From Spirochaetia bacterium (GTDB lineage Bacteria; Spirochaetota; Spirochaetia; SZUA-6; Bin103): 64,000 bases of DNA. Position 1 is the first letter of the stretch. Each line of letters opens with the position of its first letter. The position numbers and the translations under genes are program-made. Below the pieces are notes generated by a model. The model saw only the letters and a list, made by a program, of their open reading frames with translations. It did not search any database and was not told where the DNA came from. Positions 1 to 13,073 of this stretch are shown here, piece by piece. The stretch lies in the NCBI GenBank assembly GCA_965203905.1, contig CBDBDQ010000005.1, positions 6,432,001-6,496,000 on the forward strand. Direction: 5' to 3'.

Positions 1-322
<322 letters not shown>

Positions 323-364
323 GACGGCGATGGGCAATATAGCCGGTTCGTGATACGGTCCGCC

Positions 365-1360
365 ATGGCTCCGCGACGGCTCAGGGTGCTGTTTCTGCCG
401 CAACCCGGGGTGCCGGTGAGCGACAGCCGCAACGCCCGCCACCTGGCGGCGGTCAGCGCGCGCCACGACACCGCGGTGTACGACCCGAGCCGTCCCGCGG
501 CGCCGCAGTTCCGCGATGTCGAGGCGGTGGTCGACATGGGCGGCAATGCCAGCCGTGACCTGATCGACCACGCCGCCGACGCCGGCGTGCGCTATTTCCA
601 GGCACAGACCAACGGGCTCGACCACGTGGAGGTCGAGCACATTCTGAGCCGTGGCATCACCCTGGCGCACTGCCCCGGTCATCTGAGCGCCGAGGCCCTG
701 GCACAGAGTGCGATGATGTACCTGCTGCTACTGGCCGGACGCTACAAGGAGGCGGTCGCCAACTTCGCCGGCGGCGCCTACTACGAGCCCGAGGGCAAAC
801 GCCTGCACGGCAAGCTGCTGGCGATCATCGGCTACGGCACCAGCGGCTTCCAGCTCGCGCGCCGGGCGCAGCCCTTCGGCATGCGCCTCGCCGCCATCGA
901 CGTACGCCGCATCCCGCAGGAGACGCTGGCAGAGGTGCCGCTGGAGTTCTGTGGCGGCCCCGAAGAGATGGACGACCTCCTCGCCGAGTGTGACGCGGTC
1001 TCGCTCCATCTGCACCTGCATCCGGGTACCCGCCACATCATCGACCGGCGACGTATCGGTCTGCTCAAGCCCACCGCGTGGGTGATCAACGTCGCGCGCG
1101 GCGCTCTGATCGATGAACCAGCGCTGTATCGCGCCTTGCTCGCGGGCGAAGTGGGCGGCGCCGGTCTGGACGTCTTCGAACGGGAGCCGCCCGATCACCG
1201 CCATCCGGTGTACGCGCTGCCGAACGTCTACGCGACCCCGCATACCGCCGGCGGCACCGAGGCCACCATGGGCAATCGGGCACGCTTCGCAGCGCAGAAC
1301 CTGGACCGCATCGCCCGTGACGAGGAACCACTCGGCATCGTCACCGGCCGTATCAGATAG
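365..1360 (+). CDS. D-isomer-specific 2-hydroxyacid dehydrogenase (NAD-binding)
   Basis: IIGYGTSG Rossmann motif, [14 protein letters not shown] and TPHTAG. Start moved to ATG 365 because the upstream part of the ORF is the antisense of fusA. Confidence 0.88.
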   Translation: MAPRRLRVLFLPQPGVPVSDSRNARHLAAVSARHDTAVYDPSRPAAPQFRDVEAVVDMGGNASRDLIDHAADAGVRYFQAQTNGLDHVEVEHILSRGITLAHCPGHLSAEALAQSAMMYLLLLAGRYKEAVANFAGGAYYEPEGKRLHGKLLAIIGYGTSGFQLARRAQPFGMRLAAIDVRRIPQETLAEVPLEFCGGPEEMDDLLAECDAVSLHLHLHPGTRHIIDRRRIGLLKPTAWVINVARGALIDEPALYRALLAGEVGGAGLDVFEREPPDHRHPVYALPNVYATPHTAGGTEATMGNRARFAAQNLDRIARDEEPLGIVTGRIR

Positions 1361-2153
1361 GGCGCGCGAGGGGTACCAGCAGTACCGCCATCAGGCGGCA
1401 GCGGAGGCCGCCGCCGTCACGCCGCGAGGAGTGCAGACGGCGGCTGCAGGAGGTGCACTCGGCGACCGCGCGAATGTCGCGTACGCCGAGGCGGCGCAGC
1501 AGGATTGCGTTGGCCGCGTGCAGGTCGAGGTAGAGTCCGGTGCCGTGCTCGCGGCGCACCGCGCTTTCGCGGCGCACCGCGGCGCTGCCGTAGCGGTCGC
1601 GGAACCGCCGGTAGCGAGCCGCGTCGACCTGGTAGCAGCAGGCCCCGATGGCGGGCCCGAGCACCACGCTCAGGGAACTCGGGGCCACGGCGAAGTGCTG
1701 CCGCAGACCGTCCACCGCCGCGGCGACGATCCCGGTGCCGCGCCAGCCGGAATGCAGCAACGCGTAGGCACCTCCCGGCGCCGTGATGAGGATCGGCACG
1801 CAGTCCGCGGCGGTCACCATCAGGGTCACGCCGGCGGCCGCGCTGTGAGGTCCGGCGATCAACCCGTCCGCCGGCTCCGGCGCCCATTCCGTAGCCGGAA
1901 CCTGCTGCCGGCGCCCGGCCGGTGGCGACAGGCGGCCGCGGGTGACATCCGCGACCACCTGTCGCGAGTGAACCTGCAGCACGCGGCGTAGCCGTGCGGG
2001 TGCGATACCGACTCGTCCGAGAAAATCGCGCAGCGAACCGGGTGCGCGCATGTCGCCCGCGGTGCGCAACGATACCAGGCCGGTGAAGGCCTCGTGCACC
2101 GGCATGGCCAGCACACCGGCGGTGAACGGCCGCATCGTCACCGGTTCGATCAT
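1353..2153 (-). CDS. pgeF: YfiH/PgeF-family peptidoglycan editing factor (laccase-like / purine nucleoside phosphorylase domain)
   Basis: Motifs ADCVPI, LLHSGWRG, GPAIGACCYQV, CTSC...HSSRR. Start uncertain. Confidence 0.85.
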   Translation of the reverse strand: MIEPVTMRPFTAGVLAMPVHEAFTGLVSLRTAGDMRAPGSLRDFLGRVGIAPARLRRVLQVHSRQVVADVTRGRLSPPAGRRQQVPATEWAPEPADGLIAGPHSAAAGVTLMVTAADCVPILITAPGGAYALLHSGWRGTGIVAAAVDGLRQHFAVAPSSLSVVLGPAIGACCYQVDAARYRRFRDRYGSAAVRRESAVRREHGTGLYLDLHAANAILLRRLGVRDIRAVAECTSCSRRLHSSRRDGGGLRCRLMAVLLVPLARPI

Positions 2154-2193
2154 GCGCCGTTCCCCGAATGCGGCGGCACGCAACCGGAGTTGC

Positions 2194-2787
2194 TCAGCGC
2201 TCGGCGCGGCGCTCCGCCCTGCCGTTGGCCGGCGCCAGGATCAGCGCCGCGGTCAACTTGATGGCATCTCCAATCAGGAACGGGGTCATTCCCAGCATCA
2301 CCGCGGCCCCCAGCCCGCCATCGACGAAGCGTGCCAGCCACGGCACGCCGCAAAGGTAGATCACGAGGTTACCGGCAACCATCGCCAGTGCCAGGCGCAC
2401 CCGGCTGCCGCGACTGTGCTCGGCCAGGACCGCTATCACGACCGCGGCCAGCAGGAATCCCAACAGGTAGCCACCCGTGGGTCCGGCCAGCGCCGCCGCT
2501 CCCGCGGCGCCGCCGGCGAAGAACGGCAGGCCGAGGACCCCCTGCGCAAGGTACGCGGCGACCGCCGCCGGACCGCGCCAGCCGCCGAGCATGACCGGCA
2601 GCAACAGGACCGCGAACGTCTGCCCGGTAATCGGCACCGGCGTGAAGGGCAGTGGAATGCGAACCTGCGCACACAGGGCCAGCAACAGGGCCCCCCCGAG
2701 CACGGCTGCGATATCGACCATGCCGCGGCTGACCCGCGACGCTGCCGGGGCGCCCTCGGAGAACCTGATTGGTGGAGCATCAAGCAT
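2194..2787 (-). CDS. bioY: Biotin transporter BioY (ECF S-component)
   Basis: IPLPFTPVPITGQTFAVLL, GLPFFAGG, GPTGGYLLGF and PFLIGDAIK signatures. Confidence 0.93.
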   Translation of the reverse strand: MLDAPPIRFSEGAPAASRVSRGMVDIAAVLGGALLLALCAQVRIPLPFTPVPITGQTFAVLLLPVMLGGWRGPAAVAAYLAQGVLGLPFFAGGAAGAAALAGPTGGYLLGFLLAAVVIAVLAEHSRGSRVRLALAMVAGNLVIYLCGVPWLARFVDGGLGAAVMLGMTPFLIGDAIKLTAALILAPANGRAERRAER

Positions 2788-3086
2788 GCCCTTATGGTGT
2801 CAATTTCAGGCCCACGAAGCAAGCAGAAAGGACATTAACTGGCAACCGAAACGGGCCCCGGACTTGATCCGTTTACGGCGCTGGAACCAGCACCCATTGT
2901 GGTTCTGAAACGGGCCCTTTGCGGCACCTTGCGAGTACCAACATCCGCGCCAGCAGAGCGCAGCAGGTTGTTTGCCGTTCGCCGCCACCCAAGGATCAAA
3001 GATCGGTCCTGGCGCAGACTTGGGAGTTCCTTCTCGGTCGGTATCGGGGCGTCGCGGAGCCATCGTGGCACGGTCCCGCGGTACCG

Positions 3087-3548
3087 TTACAGCAACACCG
3101 CTCCGGGGAACAGGAAGTGCAGCACCGCTACCGCCATTCCCGCCAGGCCGACCGGCACGCGGTAACCGAGGGCGAGATGCGCGGTTTTTTCCACCGGTCC
3201 GTCCGCCGGAATCACGTGGTCGGATTCCTCGTTGCCAGCCGCCTCGGGGTCGACTGCGTCTTCTTCCGCGGGACGGAGAGCGGTAACCACCAGCGATCCG
3301 CCGAGCACAATGCCGGCAACGGCGGGGAGCAGATCACCCACCACGACGATCTGCAACGGGTTGGCGTACACCAGCAGCTTCAGGATGCCCACGGCGGCCG
3401 TAATACTGCCGATGGTCAGCCGTGCGGTGCGCTGGTTGAGTCCCGGGAGCAGCGACTGTAAGCCGGGAAACCGCGTCGCCAGATAATCGCCGGCCAGAGT
3501 CACACCGGCCAGGAGGTTGGTCACGATAGACAGGAAGTAGAACTGCAT
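3087..3548 (-). CDS. Small multi-pass membrane protein of unknown function
   Basis: About 4 hydrophobic segments, starting MQFYFLSIVTNLLAG and ending LHFLFPGAVLL. Confidence 0.65.
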   Translation of the reverse strand: MQFYFLSIVTNLLAGVTLAGDYLATRFPGLQSLLPGLNQRTARLTIGSITAAVGILKLLVYANPLQIVVVGDLLPAVAGIVLGGSLVVTALRPAEEDAVDPEAAGNEESDHVIPADGPVEKTAHLALGYRVPVGLAGMAVAVLHFLFPGAVLL

Positions 3549-3623
3549 GGGGTTCCTCCAGGCCACCGTATCATACTCTGCTTTCCGGCCGGCGGTCAAT
3601 TCACCGCTGAACCCGGCACAGTC

Positions 3624-5222
3624 TCAACTTGGCGTCGATTCTGCCCTGGCGCCGGGCCAGGCGGCGCGGCCGAGATGGGGCAGCAGGTCCTCCGCAAGGA
3701 ACCAGCCGCCGGCGCCCAACGCCAGTCGTGCCGCCTCCGCATGCACCAGGACCCCGGCCCGCGCGGCGGCGGCAGGCGCCAGTCCACGGCTGAGCAGTCC
3801 GGCGACCACTCCCGCCAGCACGTCACCCGAGCCGCCGGTGCCGAGGGCGGCGTTGGCGCCATCCAACAACGCCAGCGGCGTGCTTGCGGAAACTGCTGCG
3901 GGCGCGGCGCAGGCCACGTAACTGACGTGGCTCTTGAGGATCACCGTTGCCTGCCAGCGCTCCGCGGCCGCGGTAGCCGCTTCTGCCGGGTCGGCCAGCA
4001 CCTCCGCGGTGGGGATGTCCAGCAGACGCCCCATTTCTCCGGGGTGCGGCGTCAGCACCCAGCGCCCGTGGAGCCGCCGCGGCTGCCCCTCCTCGGCCGC
4101 GAGCCGGGCCAGCAGGGTAAGTCCGTCCGCGTCCAACACACCGGGCAGCGGCGCCTCCAGCAGTTCCCCGAGCACTGCCAGCCGGGCGCCGCCGAGGCCC
4201 CACCCCGGCCCCACCAGCAGGGCCTCGTGACGCGCCAGCAGGGCCTTCAGATCAGGCCCTCCGGTTACCTCTAGGCGGCGGCACATGGTGGAACGCGCCG
4301 CCGGCGCCACCAGTTCGTAGGTGCGTGCATCGACGTACAGGGTAACCAGTCCCGCACCGACCCGCCCCGCGGCCGCAGCGGCGAGGTGTCCGGCACCGGT
4401 GGTACCGGGCGAGGCGGCGAGTACGGCGACGTGTCCGCGGGTACCCTTGTGCGCGTCGATCGCAGCGGCTGGCAGCAGATCGGACAGCAGATCGGCGGTG
4501 AGCAGGTCGCAGCCGGCGCCGGGATCGGTGAGCAGAGCGCGCGGAAAGCCCGCCGCCACCACCAGTATCTCCCCGGCCGCCGTGCGCGCGGCCGGCAGAT
4601 AGAGGCACCGTTTCGGCAGCCCGACGGTGACGGTGGCGTCGGCGCGCACCAGTGGACCGCCCCGGTATCCGTCGCGCAGACCACTGGGCACGTCGATGGC
4701 AACCACCTTGCCGGAAGCGGCGTTGATCCGTTCCACGATCGCCGCCGCCGGTGGCGCCAGCTCGGCGCGCAGCCCGGTACCGGTGATCCCGTCGAAGATC
4801 CACCTGGCCGCCGCGATGGCAGCCTCCGCGTCCGGTCCCACCGCGACCGGGATACCCAGCGCGCGGCATGCGGCCAGGTTGTCGGCGGGAGCCCCACCCG
4901 GCCGCGGCTCCCCCGCGGCCAGAACCACGACCACCTCATCGGCACCGCCGTTGCAGGCGTGACGTGCCATCACCAGGGCATCGCCGCCGTTGTTGCCACG
5001 CCCGGCCACGAACACCAGCCGCCCCGGTGCGTCGGAGCCTGCCCACAGATGGGCGCGCACCGCGGCATAGGCGTTGGCACCGGCATTCTCCATCAGCACG
5101 CTGCCGGGCAGCGCCCATTCGCTCTGGGCACGCCGGTCGATCGCCGCCATCCTGGCACCGGTCACCACCCGCAGCGGACGCAGGTTGCGCCATGCTGCCG
5201 GACCCACTTGCCTGGTCCTCAT
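3624..5222 (-). CDS. nnr: Bifunctional NAD(P)H-hydrate epimerase/dehydratase (YjeF/Nnr)
   Basis: LMENAG, GRGNNGGD, DVPSG, HKGTRG, LTPHPGEM and GGSGDVLAG motifs. Confidence 0.92.
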   Translation of the reverse strand: MRTRQVGPAAWRNLRPLRVVTGARMAAIDRRAQSEWALPGSVLMENAGANAYAAVRAHLWAGSDAPGRLVFVAGRGNNGGDALVMARHACNGGADEVVVVLAAGEPRPGGAPADNLAACRALGIPVAVGPDAEAAIAAARWIFDGITGTGLRAELAPPAAAIVERINAASGKVVAIDVPSGLRDGYRGGPLVRADATVTVGLPKRCLYLPAARTAAGEILVVAAGFPRALLTDPGAGCDLLTADLLSDLLPAAAIDAHKGTRGHVAVLAASPGTTGAGHLAAAAAGRVGAGLVTLYVDARTYELVAPAARSTMCRRLEVTGGPDLKALLARHEALLVGPGWGLGGARLAVLGELLEAPLPGVLDADGLTLLARLAAEEGQPRRLHGRWVLTPHPGEMGRLLDIPTAEVLADPAEAATAAAERWQATVILKSHVSYVACAAPAAVSASTPLALLDGANAALGTGGSGDVLAGVVAGLLSRGLAPAAAARAGVLVHAEAARLALGAGGWFLAEDLLPHLGRAAWPGARAESTPS

Positions 5223-6415
5223 CGCCCGCTCCCCGCTACCTCCGCCACCAGCAGGTCACTGCGCCACCACACGACTCGCGCCCGCTCGTCCTCGGCCAGC
5301 AGCGCGTACAGTACGCCGCCGGCGCTCATTCCGAGGGACGCGAACTGCAGCCCTGCCTCGTCGATTCCGAACCGGCGGCGGGTCACTACCCTGCCGCCGC
5401 GCCCCAATACGACCAGCGAGTGCATCTGCTCGTTCTCCCGCCGGGTCAAAAACAGCAGTCCGTCCGTCGTCACGCCGAGCGGGTGATACGCCGGCGCCGC
5501 CTGCTCTTCCCCGCCGCCGGCCCCGGCGCCGCGCCGCGATCCGCCGGCGGGCAGCGCAAACGCCCCGACCACGCTGTTCGTAGCCAGATCATATACCCGT
5601 ACTCCCGGTGCGTCCCGGACCCCGGCGGGATCCGGCGCACCGCTCTCCGTGGGCGCCGCGTCGACGAACAACAGCAGCCGGCGCTCCGTCAACTGGGGTA
5701 TCACCTCCCAGACCACCAGAGCCTCTTCGTCGTCGAGCGCTCCGACGTAGGGCAGCTCCACCTGCGCCTGGAGCCGGCCAGCCGCGTCGTACCAGTATCC
5801 GAGCCACCGCCGCGGCGTGCGCGCGACCACCACCAGGAGATCATCCGCGGTCACCGCAAGGCGCTGAATGTGTGGAAACGGCGTCCCGCCAATCCCCTCC
5901 CGGCCGATCGCGCCGAGGTGTCGCCCACCGGAGGCGAACCGCTGCACCAACTGGCCCTGGCCGCCGCCGGCCCCGCCTGGCACCGTGTCTGCGACGAAGA
6001 TCCGCTGCGAGCTGTCCACCGCCAGGTAGCTCGGCTCGTGCAACGCGTGGGGCACCGCCAACCGGGTGGCCGCTGCCGCCGCCAGCCCCACCGGCGCCGG
6101 GTTGCTGCGCGGGTTGTATATGATCAGCAGCAGGTCGCCGTAGGACGAGAGCTGCAGCACCTTCCGCGCATTGCCGTTGGCGATATAGAACAGCCCGTCG
6201 CGCATGCTGATCCGCGTTGCATCGCGCACCGCCGAGCCGCCAATGCGGAACAGGTCAAGCTGCTCGTCCAGGGGCCCGAGGCTCAGACTGAACAGCTCGT
6301 CACGGGCCAACTCCGGCGCCGGTTGTCGGGTGCATGCAGCCGGCAACAGACAGGCGACGACCGCCAGGCTGGCGAGCGTCACCCGAACTGCAATGCGGCA
6401 GCTCACAGCCGCCAT
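5219..6415 (-). CDS. Putative exported lipoprotein, possibly NHL/beta-propeller-like, divergent from secA
   Basis: Hydrophobic N-terminus with a lipobox-like LPAAC; FYIANG, LAVDSSQRIFVAD and IGREGIGGTPF repeats. Overlaps the nnr start by 4 nt. Confidence 0.6.
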   Translation of the reverse strand: MAAVSCRIAVRVTLASLAVVACLLPAACTRQPAPELARDELFSLSLGPLDEQLDLFRIGGSAVRDATRISMRDGLFYIANGNARKVLQLSSYGDLLLIIYNPRSNPAPVGLAAAAATRLAVPHALHEPSYLAVDSSQRIFVADTVPGGAGGGQGQLVQRFASGGRHLGAIGREGIGGTPFPHIQRLAVTADDLLVVVARTPRRWLGYWYDAAGRLQAQVELPYVGALDDEEALVVWEVIPQLTERRLLLFVDAAPTESGAPDPAGVRDAPGVRVYDLATNSVVGAFALPAGGSRRGAGAGGGEEQAAPAYHPLGVTTDGLLFLTRRENEQMHSLVVLGRGGRVVTRRRFGIDEAGLQFASLGMSAGGVLYALLAEDERARVVWWRSDLLVAEVAGSGR

Positions 6416-6516
6416 CCTAGCAGCTCGGCGCGCCCGGGCACAAGCCGCGATCGGCTCCCCACTGCGCCCGCCCGGCCGCGTAGACCGGTGCCGCCTCAGT
6501 AGCTACATTGGGAACC

Positions 6517-9330
<2,814 letters not shown>

Positions 9331-9336
<6 letters not shown>

Positions 9337-9347
9337 CCTGACCTGAC
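9331..9347 (+). repeat. Short tandem repeat (ACCTG)x3 at the secA stop, giving TGA in all three frames
   Basis: acctgacctgacctgac, with TGA at 9334, 9339 and 9344. Confidence 0.6.
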
Positions 9348-9374
9348 ACGGCGCCGGTGGCCCTACCGGGCGGG

Positions 9375-10415
9375 TTAGCGAAGACCGGGAATAAACTGCG
9401 CCGGGTTGAGCTGAATGTTGCCGCGGCGAATCTCGAAGTGGAGATGGGGGCCGGTAGAGCGGCCGGTCGATCCGATACGGCCCACGGTCTCGCCGCGACG
9501 TACCGTCTGGCCGCGACTCACGTAGATCCGGTCCAAGTGCCCATACAGCGATGAGTAGCCGGCCAGGAAATGGGACACGATGATGTAGTTGCCCAGCACC
9601 GCGCCGCGGCCGACCGCGGCCACCCGACCACCCTGCGTGGCGCGCACCGGCGTGCCGCGCGCTGCGGCAATGTCGATTCCGCGGTGGAAACTGCGGCGGC
9701 CGGTGAACGGATCGATACGCGGACCGAAGCGGGAGCTGACCCAACCGTTGGCGGGTCGGTCAAAGGCTGCGCCGATCGCCAGGGTCAACTCACGCCCCGA
9801 GTGCTGCACGCCCGGGAAGAACAACTCCATGGAGGGCCGCAGGAGGTCGCGGGTCACCCGGTTGGTGCTCAGCACCGTTTCCGGGAGCACTCCGTGGCGC
9901 AGGCTCAGTGCATCCAGATCGTTGCCGACGGGCAGAAAGATGCCGTCCTGGTTGGGAATCTGGATCAACTCGCCGACCGCCAGAAAGTGGACGCCAACCC
10001 CGGCGGTGCGATTCAGCGAAGCCACGGTATCGAGGGTGAGCCCGAAACGCTGTGCAATGACGCTGAAGTTGTCGCCGGCCTTGACCCGGTATTGCTTGAC
10101 GTCGAGCGGCAGTGGCTCCAGTTCCATGCCCCCGCGGAGGTCGCCATCGTTCGCGCTCACCGCCTGCGCTGAAGGGGCTGGCTCCAGGCGCGAAAACTCG
10201 ATCTGGATCGTGTCCAACCAGTCGCTCGGATAGTACAGGTACTCCTGCTCGTCATAGAGCGCCGCGCGCGTGGACCCGATGACGGCGACCTGCACGGCGA
10301 ACACGGTCAAGCCGCACGCCACCGCTGCCACCAGCCACCGGTGCACTCGTCGCCCCGTGCGCCGGCCACGGCGGCGGCGCCTGGTCACGTGCGGCTCTCC
10401 AACCTGCGCGGACAT
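9375..10415 (-). CDS. LysM + M23 family peptidoglycan endopeptidase
   Basis: Arg-rich N-terminus plus TM segment, LysM YRVKAGDNFSVIA, M23 motifs FHRGIDI and STGPHLHFEI. Confidence 0.92.
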   Translation of the reverse strand: MSAQVGEPHVTRRRRRGRRTGRRVHRWLVAAVACGLTVFAVQVAVIGSTRAALYDEQEYLYYPSDWLDTIQIEFSRLEPAPSAQAVSANDGDLRGGMELEPLPLDVKQYRVKAGDNFSVIAQRFGLTLDTVASLNRTAGVGVHFLAVGELIQIPNQDGIFLPVGNDLDALSLRHGVLPETVLSTNRVTRDLLRPSMELFFPGVQHSGRELTLAIGAAFDRPANGWVSSRFGPRIDPFTGRRSFHRGIDIAAARGTPVRATQGGRVAAVGRGAVLGNYIIVSHFLAGYSSLYGHLDRIYVSRGQTVRRGETVGRIGSTGRSTGPHLHFEIRRGNIQLNPAQFIPGLR

Positions 10416-10425
10416 CCGCAACAGA

Positions 10426-11745
10426 TTACTGCAGGTGCTCGGACGGGTCGACATGCGCTCCGTTCAGAAAGATCGAAAAGTGCAGATGGTCCTCGCTACT
10501 GTACCCGGTGTTCCCCATCTCGCCTACCTGCTGCCCCTGCCGGATGCGATCGCCGACCGTCACCAGTGCCTTGTCCAGGTGGGCGTACAACGTCTGGAAG
10601 CCTTCGGCATGACGCAGAATGAGGTAGCGGCCGTAGTTGCCGTTGTACCCCGCCTTTGCCACGGTGCCGCTCATCGCCGCGACCACGGAAGTTCCGCGCT
10701 GGTTGGCGATGTCGATGCCGTTGTGGAACTTGCGCAAGCCGGTAAAGGGGTCGTTGCGATAGCCGTACCCGGATGTTATGGGTCCGCGGGCGGGCCTGAC
10801 GAACAGTTGGCCGAGCACGCGGTTGCGGGCGTTCTCACTGAGCCCCACGCCCGGTATCAACAGGCTCTGTCCGGGAGTGATCGGCGAGCTCTCCACTTCG
10901 TTGATGTCGAGCAGAGCTGCCAGGCTCACCCCGTGACGCATCGCAATGCGGCTCGGGTTGTCGCCACGCCGCACCACGTAGCGGATTCCCGACCGGTTCG
11001 GAATGATCAGTTCCCGTCCCGGCTTCAGATCACGCTCACGCTTGATGTCGTTGAAACTGATAATCGTGTCCAGAGTGATGCCGAACCGGTCCGCCAGTGC
11101 GGCCAGAGTGTCCCCGGCGCCTACCTGGTAGCGCTCGTAGCGCACCCCCGGCTGGGCGCCTGGCGGAGTGTCCGCGCCGTCGGCGTCGGCAACCGACCTT
11201 GCGGTGGCAGCGGCGCCGATACTCCTCAGGTTGTCGAGCAGCGCCTTCTGCAGCCCGCCGTCGCCCGGTCGCAGCACTGCCCGCGTGCCGGCGCTGCCCA
11301 GGCCGGCCACCGCAGGAGCGACGAACTGGACCACCGCCGTGGCGCTGAAGGCGGCCGCTACCAGCAGCAGCCCCACCGCGACGGGAACGGGTCGGATCCA
11401 ACGCCGGGCCAGCAGGCCGCAACTCGCGCGCACACGGTTGAGGGTCTCGAACACTGCCGACCACGGGATGGCACGCCACAGGCGGTCCGTCTGGCCGCGG
11501 GACCGCGGCGGGTCGAGCAAGGCCGGCAGCCCGGAACGCAGCGGCGGCAGCGGAATCGCCGCCGTTGCACTCACGCTGAGATCCTCCATCCGGACGCCGG
11601 CGCGCTTATGACGGCTCGGCTGCTGCCTGATGCGGCTCGGTTGTTGGTTGTGCAGTGCCGAACGGGTGCCGTGCCGGTGGCGACGCCCGACTCTGCGCCG
11701 TCCGACGCGCTGGCCCCGCAAACCGGCGTAGGTGGCGTCACGCAT
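10426..11745 (-). CDS. LysM(x2) + M23 family peptidoglycan endopeptidase
   Basis: YQVGAGDTL and YVVRRGDNP LysM repeats, FHNGIDI and HLHFSI. Start uncertain (11745 or about 11589). Confidence 0.9.
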   Translation of the reverse strand: MRDATYAGLRGQRVGRRRVGRRHRHGTRSALHNQQPSRIRQQPSRHKRAGVRMEDLSVSATAAIPLPPLRSGLPALLDPPRSRGQTDRLWRAIPWSAVFETLNRVRASCGLLARRWIRPVPVAVGLLLVAAAFSATAVVQFVAPAVAGLGSAGTRAVLRPGDGGLQKALLDNLRSIGAAATARSVADADGADTPPGAQPGVRYERYQVGAGDTLAALADRFGITLDTIISFNDIKRERDLKPGRELIIPNRSGIRYVVRRGDNPSRIAMRHGVSLAALLDINEVESSPITPGQSLLIPGVGLSENARNRVLGQLFVRPARGPITSGYGYRNDPFTGLRKFHNGIDIANQRGTSVVAAMSGTVAKAGYNGNYGRYLILRHAEGFQTLYAHLDKALVTVGDRIRQGQQVGEMGNTGYSSEDHLHFSIFLNGAHVDPSEHLQ

Positions 11746-11754
11746 TCATTCTGC

Positions 11755-11782
11755 ATATCGACAACTCGTGCGCCGGTCATTA
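11755..11782 (-). promoter_or_regulatory. Candidate sigma28 (FliA/SigD) promoter upstream of the LysM-M23 pair
   Basis: Minus strand TAAT-N16-GTCGATAT versus consensus TAAA-N15/16-GCCGATAW, two mismatches. Confidence 0.4.
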
Positions 11783-12250
11783 CGTCCGAGTGGCTGGCTT
11801 GGTCGCCGTGCCGGGATCGGGCCGGTGCGGCACCAGACCGCGGTCGGCCGCCAGGTTGAGGATCAGCTCCACCTCGCCCGGGCTGGTAGCGAGGCGGTCA
11901 GCGATCACGGCGCTGGAGAATCCGAGGCCCCGTAGCCGCATCACCTGAGCCTCCCGCTCCCCGGCGCCACCGCAAAGGGCAGGCGCCGCCGCATGGCGCT
12001 GTTCCGGAACACTCCGCGACGCCCGTCGATCGGCCTCGCGCAGCGATTCGTCCAGACGCCGGATTCGATCTTCCAGCAGGGTGACGTTACGCTCCGCGGT
12101 GGCGTTCATCTCGGCTGTCAATTCGGCCACCCGAGAGCACAGCGCAGGCGCTTGGTCGAACCCGCGAAGTCTACGATCGAGATATCGTCGCAGCACCAGA
12201 AACAACACCGCAAGCCCGACAAGCTGCACCGCAACGAGGGCTAAGACCAC
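11780..12250 (-). CDS. Membrane-anchored coiled-coil protein with C-terminal HTH-like segment, downstream of fliA
   Basis: N-terminal TM, coiled coil (ELTAEMNATAERNVTLLEDRIRRL), and C-terminal GFSSAVIADRLATSPGEVELIL. Confidence 0.6.
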   Translation of the reverse strand: MVLALVAVQLVGLAVLFLVLRRYLDRRLRGFDQAPALCSRVAELTAEMNATAERNVTLLEDRIRRLDESLREADRRASRSVPEQRHAAAPALCGGAGEREAQVMRLRGLGFSSAVIADRLATSPGEVELILNLAADRGLVPHRPDPGTATKPATRT

Positions 12251-12260
12251 GCGCTAGCGC

Positions 12261-13073
12261 TCAAGTGATGCCACGTTTGAGGTTGGTCAGCTTGGCTCGC
12301 AGCCGGATGATCGCCTTGGTGTGAAGCTGCGACACGCGGGACTCGGTGACCTCCAGCACCTCGCCAATCTCGCGCAGTGTCAGCTCCTCGTAGTAATACA
12401 GCACGAGCACCCGTTGTTCCTTTTCCGGAAGCTCCTTGAGGGCCTCCAACATGACCCGCTTGATCTCATCCTTCTCTACGATGGTGTCGGGATTCAAGCT
12501 CGCCGGAGACTCCACGCTCTCCGCGATCGAGATGCGATCACTGTCATCGCCGCTGTGCCACAAGTCATTCAACGACATCACCGCGGTGCTGCTGATCTTC
12601 AGCAGCAACTGCTGAAATTCCTTCAGCGGCAGATTCATCTCGCGGGCCAGCTCGGCATCGGTCGCAGCGCGTCCCAGAGTAGCCTCCAGCTGGCGGACGG
12701 TATCCTCCACTTCGCGGGCTTTCTGGCGAACCGAGCGGGGCACCCAGTCATTGCTGCGCAGTTCGTCGAAAATCGCCCCGCGAATACGGGTCACGGCGTA
12801 GGTCTTGAACTTGACGTGCTTGGTGGGGTCGAACTTCTCGATGGCGTCGAACAGTCCGAACACGCCATATCCGACCAGGTCATCGAACTCCACGCTGCCG
12901 GGCATGCCCACCGCTACCTTTCCGGCCACGTACTTGACCAGCGGGGCATACTGTCGCACGAAGTAGTCACGGATTGCTATATCTTTATTAGCCCTATAAT
13001 TGTTCCACATTTCCTGTTCTTCGTCCTGGCTCAGCGGAGCGGTCGTCCTGCGCTCTTGGATACTAGTCGACAT
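12261..13073 (-). CDS. fliA: RNA polymerase sigma factor FliA/WhiG (sigma28)
   Basis: YAPLVKYVA, FKTYAVTRIRGAIFDELRSNDWVPRSVR, LYYYEELTLREIGEVLEVTESRVSQLH. Confidence 0.95.
   Translation of the reverse strand: MSTSIQERRTTAPLSQDEEQEMWNNYRANKDIAIRDYFVRQYAPLVKYVAGKVAVGMPGSVEFDDLVGYGVFGLFDAIEKFDPTKHVKFKTYAVTRIRGAIFDELRSNDWVPRSVRQKAREVEDTVRQLEATLGRAATDAELAREMNLPLKEFQQLLLKISSTAVMSLNDLWHSGDDSDRISIAESVESPASLNPDTIVEKDEIKRVMLEALKELPEKEQRVLVLYYYEELTLREIGEVLEVTESRVSQLHTKAIIRLRAKLTNLKRGIT

Noticed and set aside
2834-2870. TTAACTGGCAAC resembling a tmRNA resume site, and GGCAACC/AAGGTGCC resembling SAM-I words
   Set aside because: No tRNA-like ends, the tag would not end in Ala-Ala, and the SAM-I words are on opposite strands.
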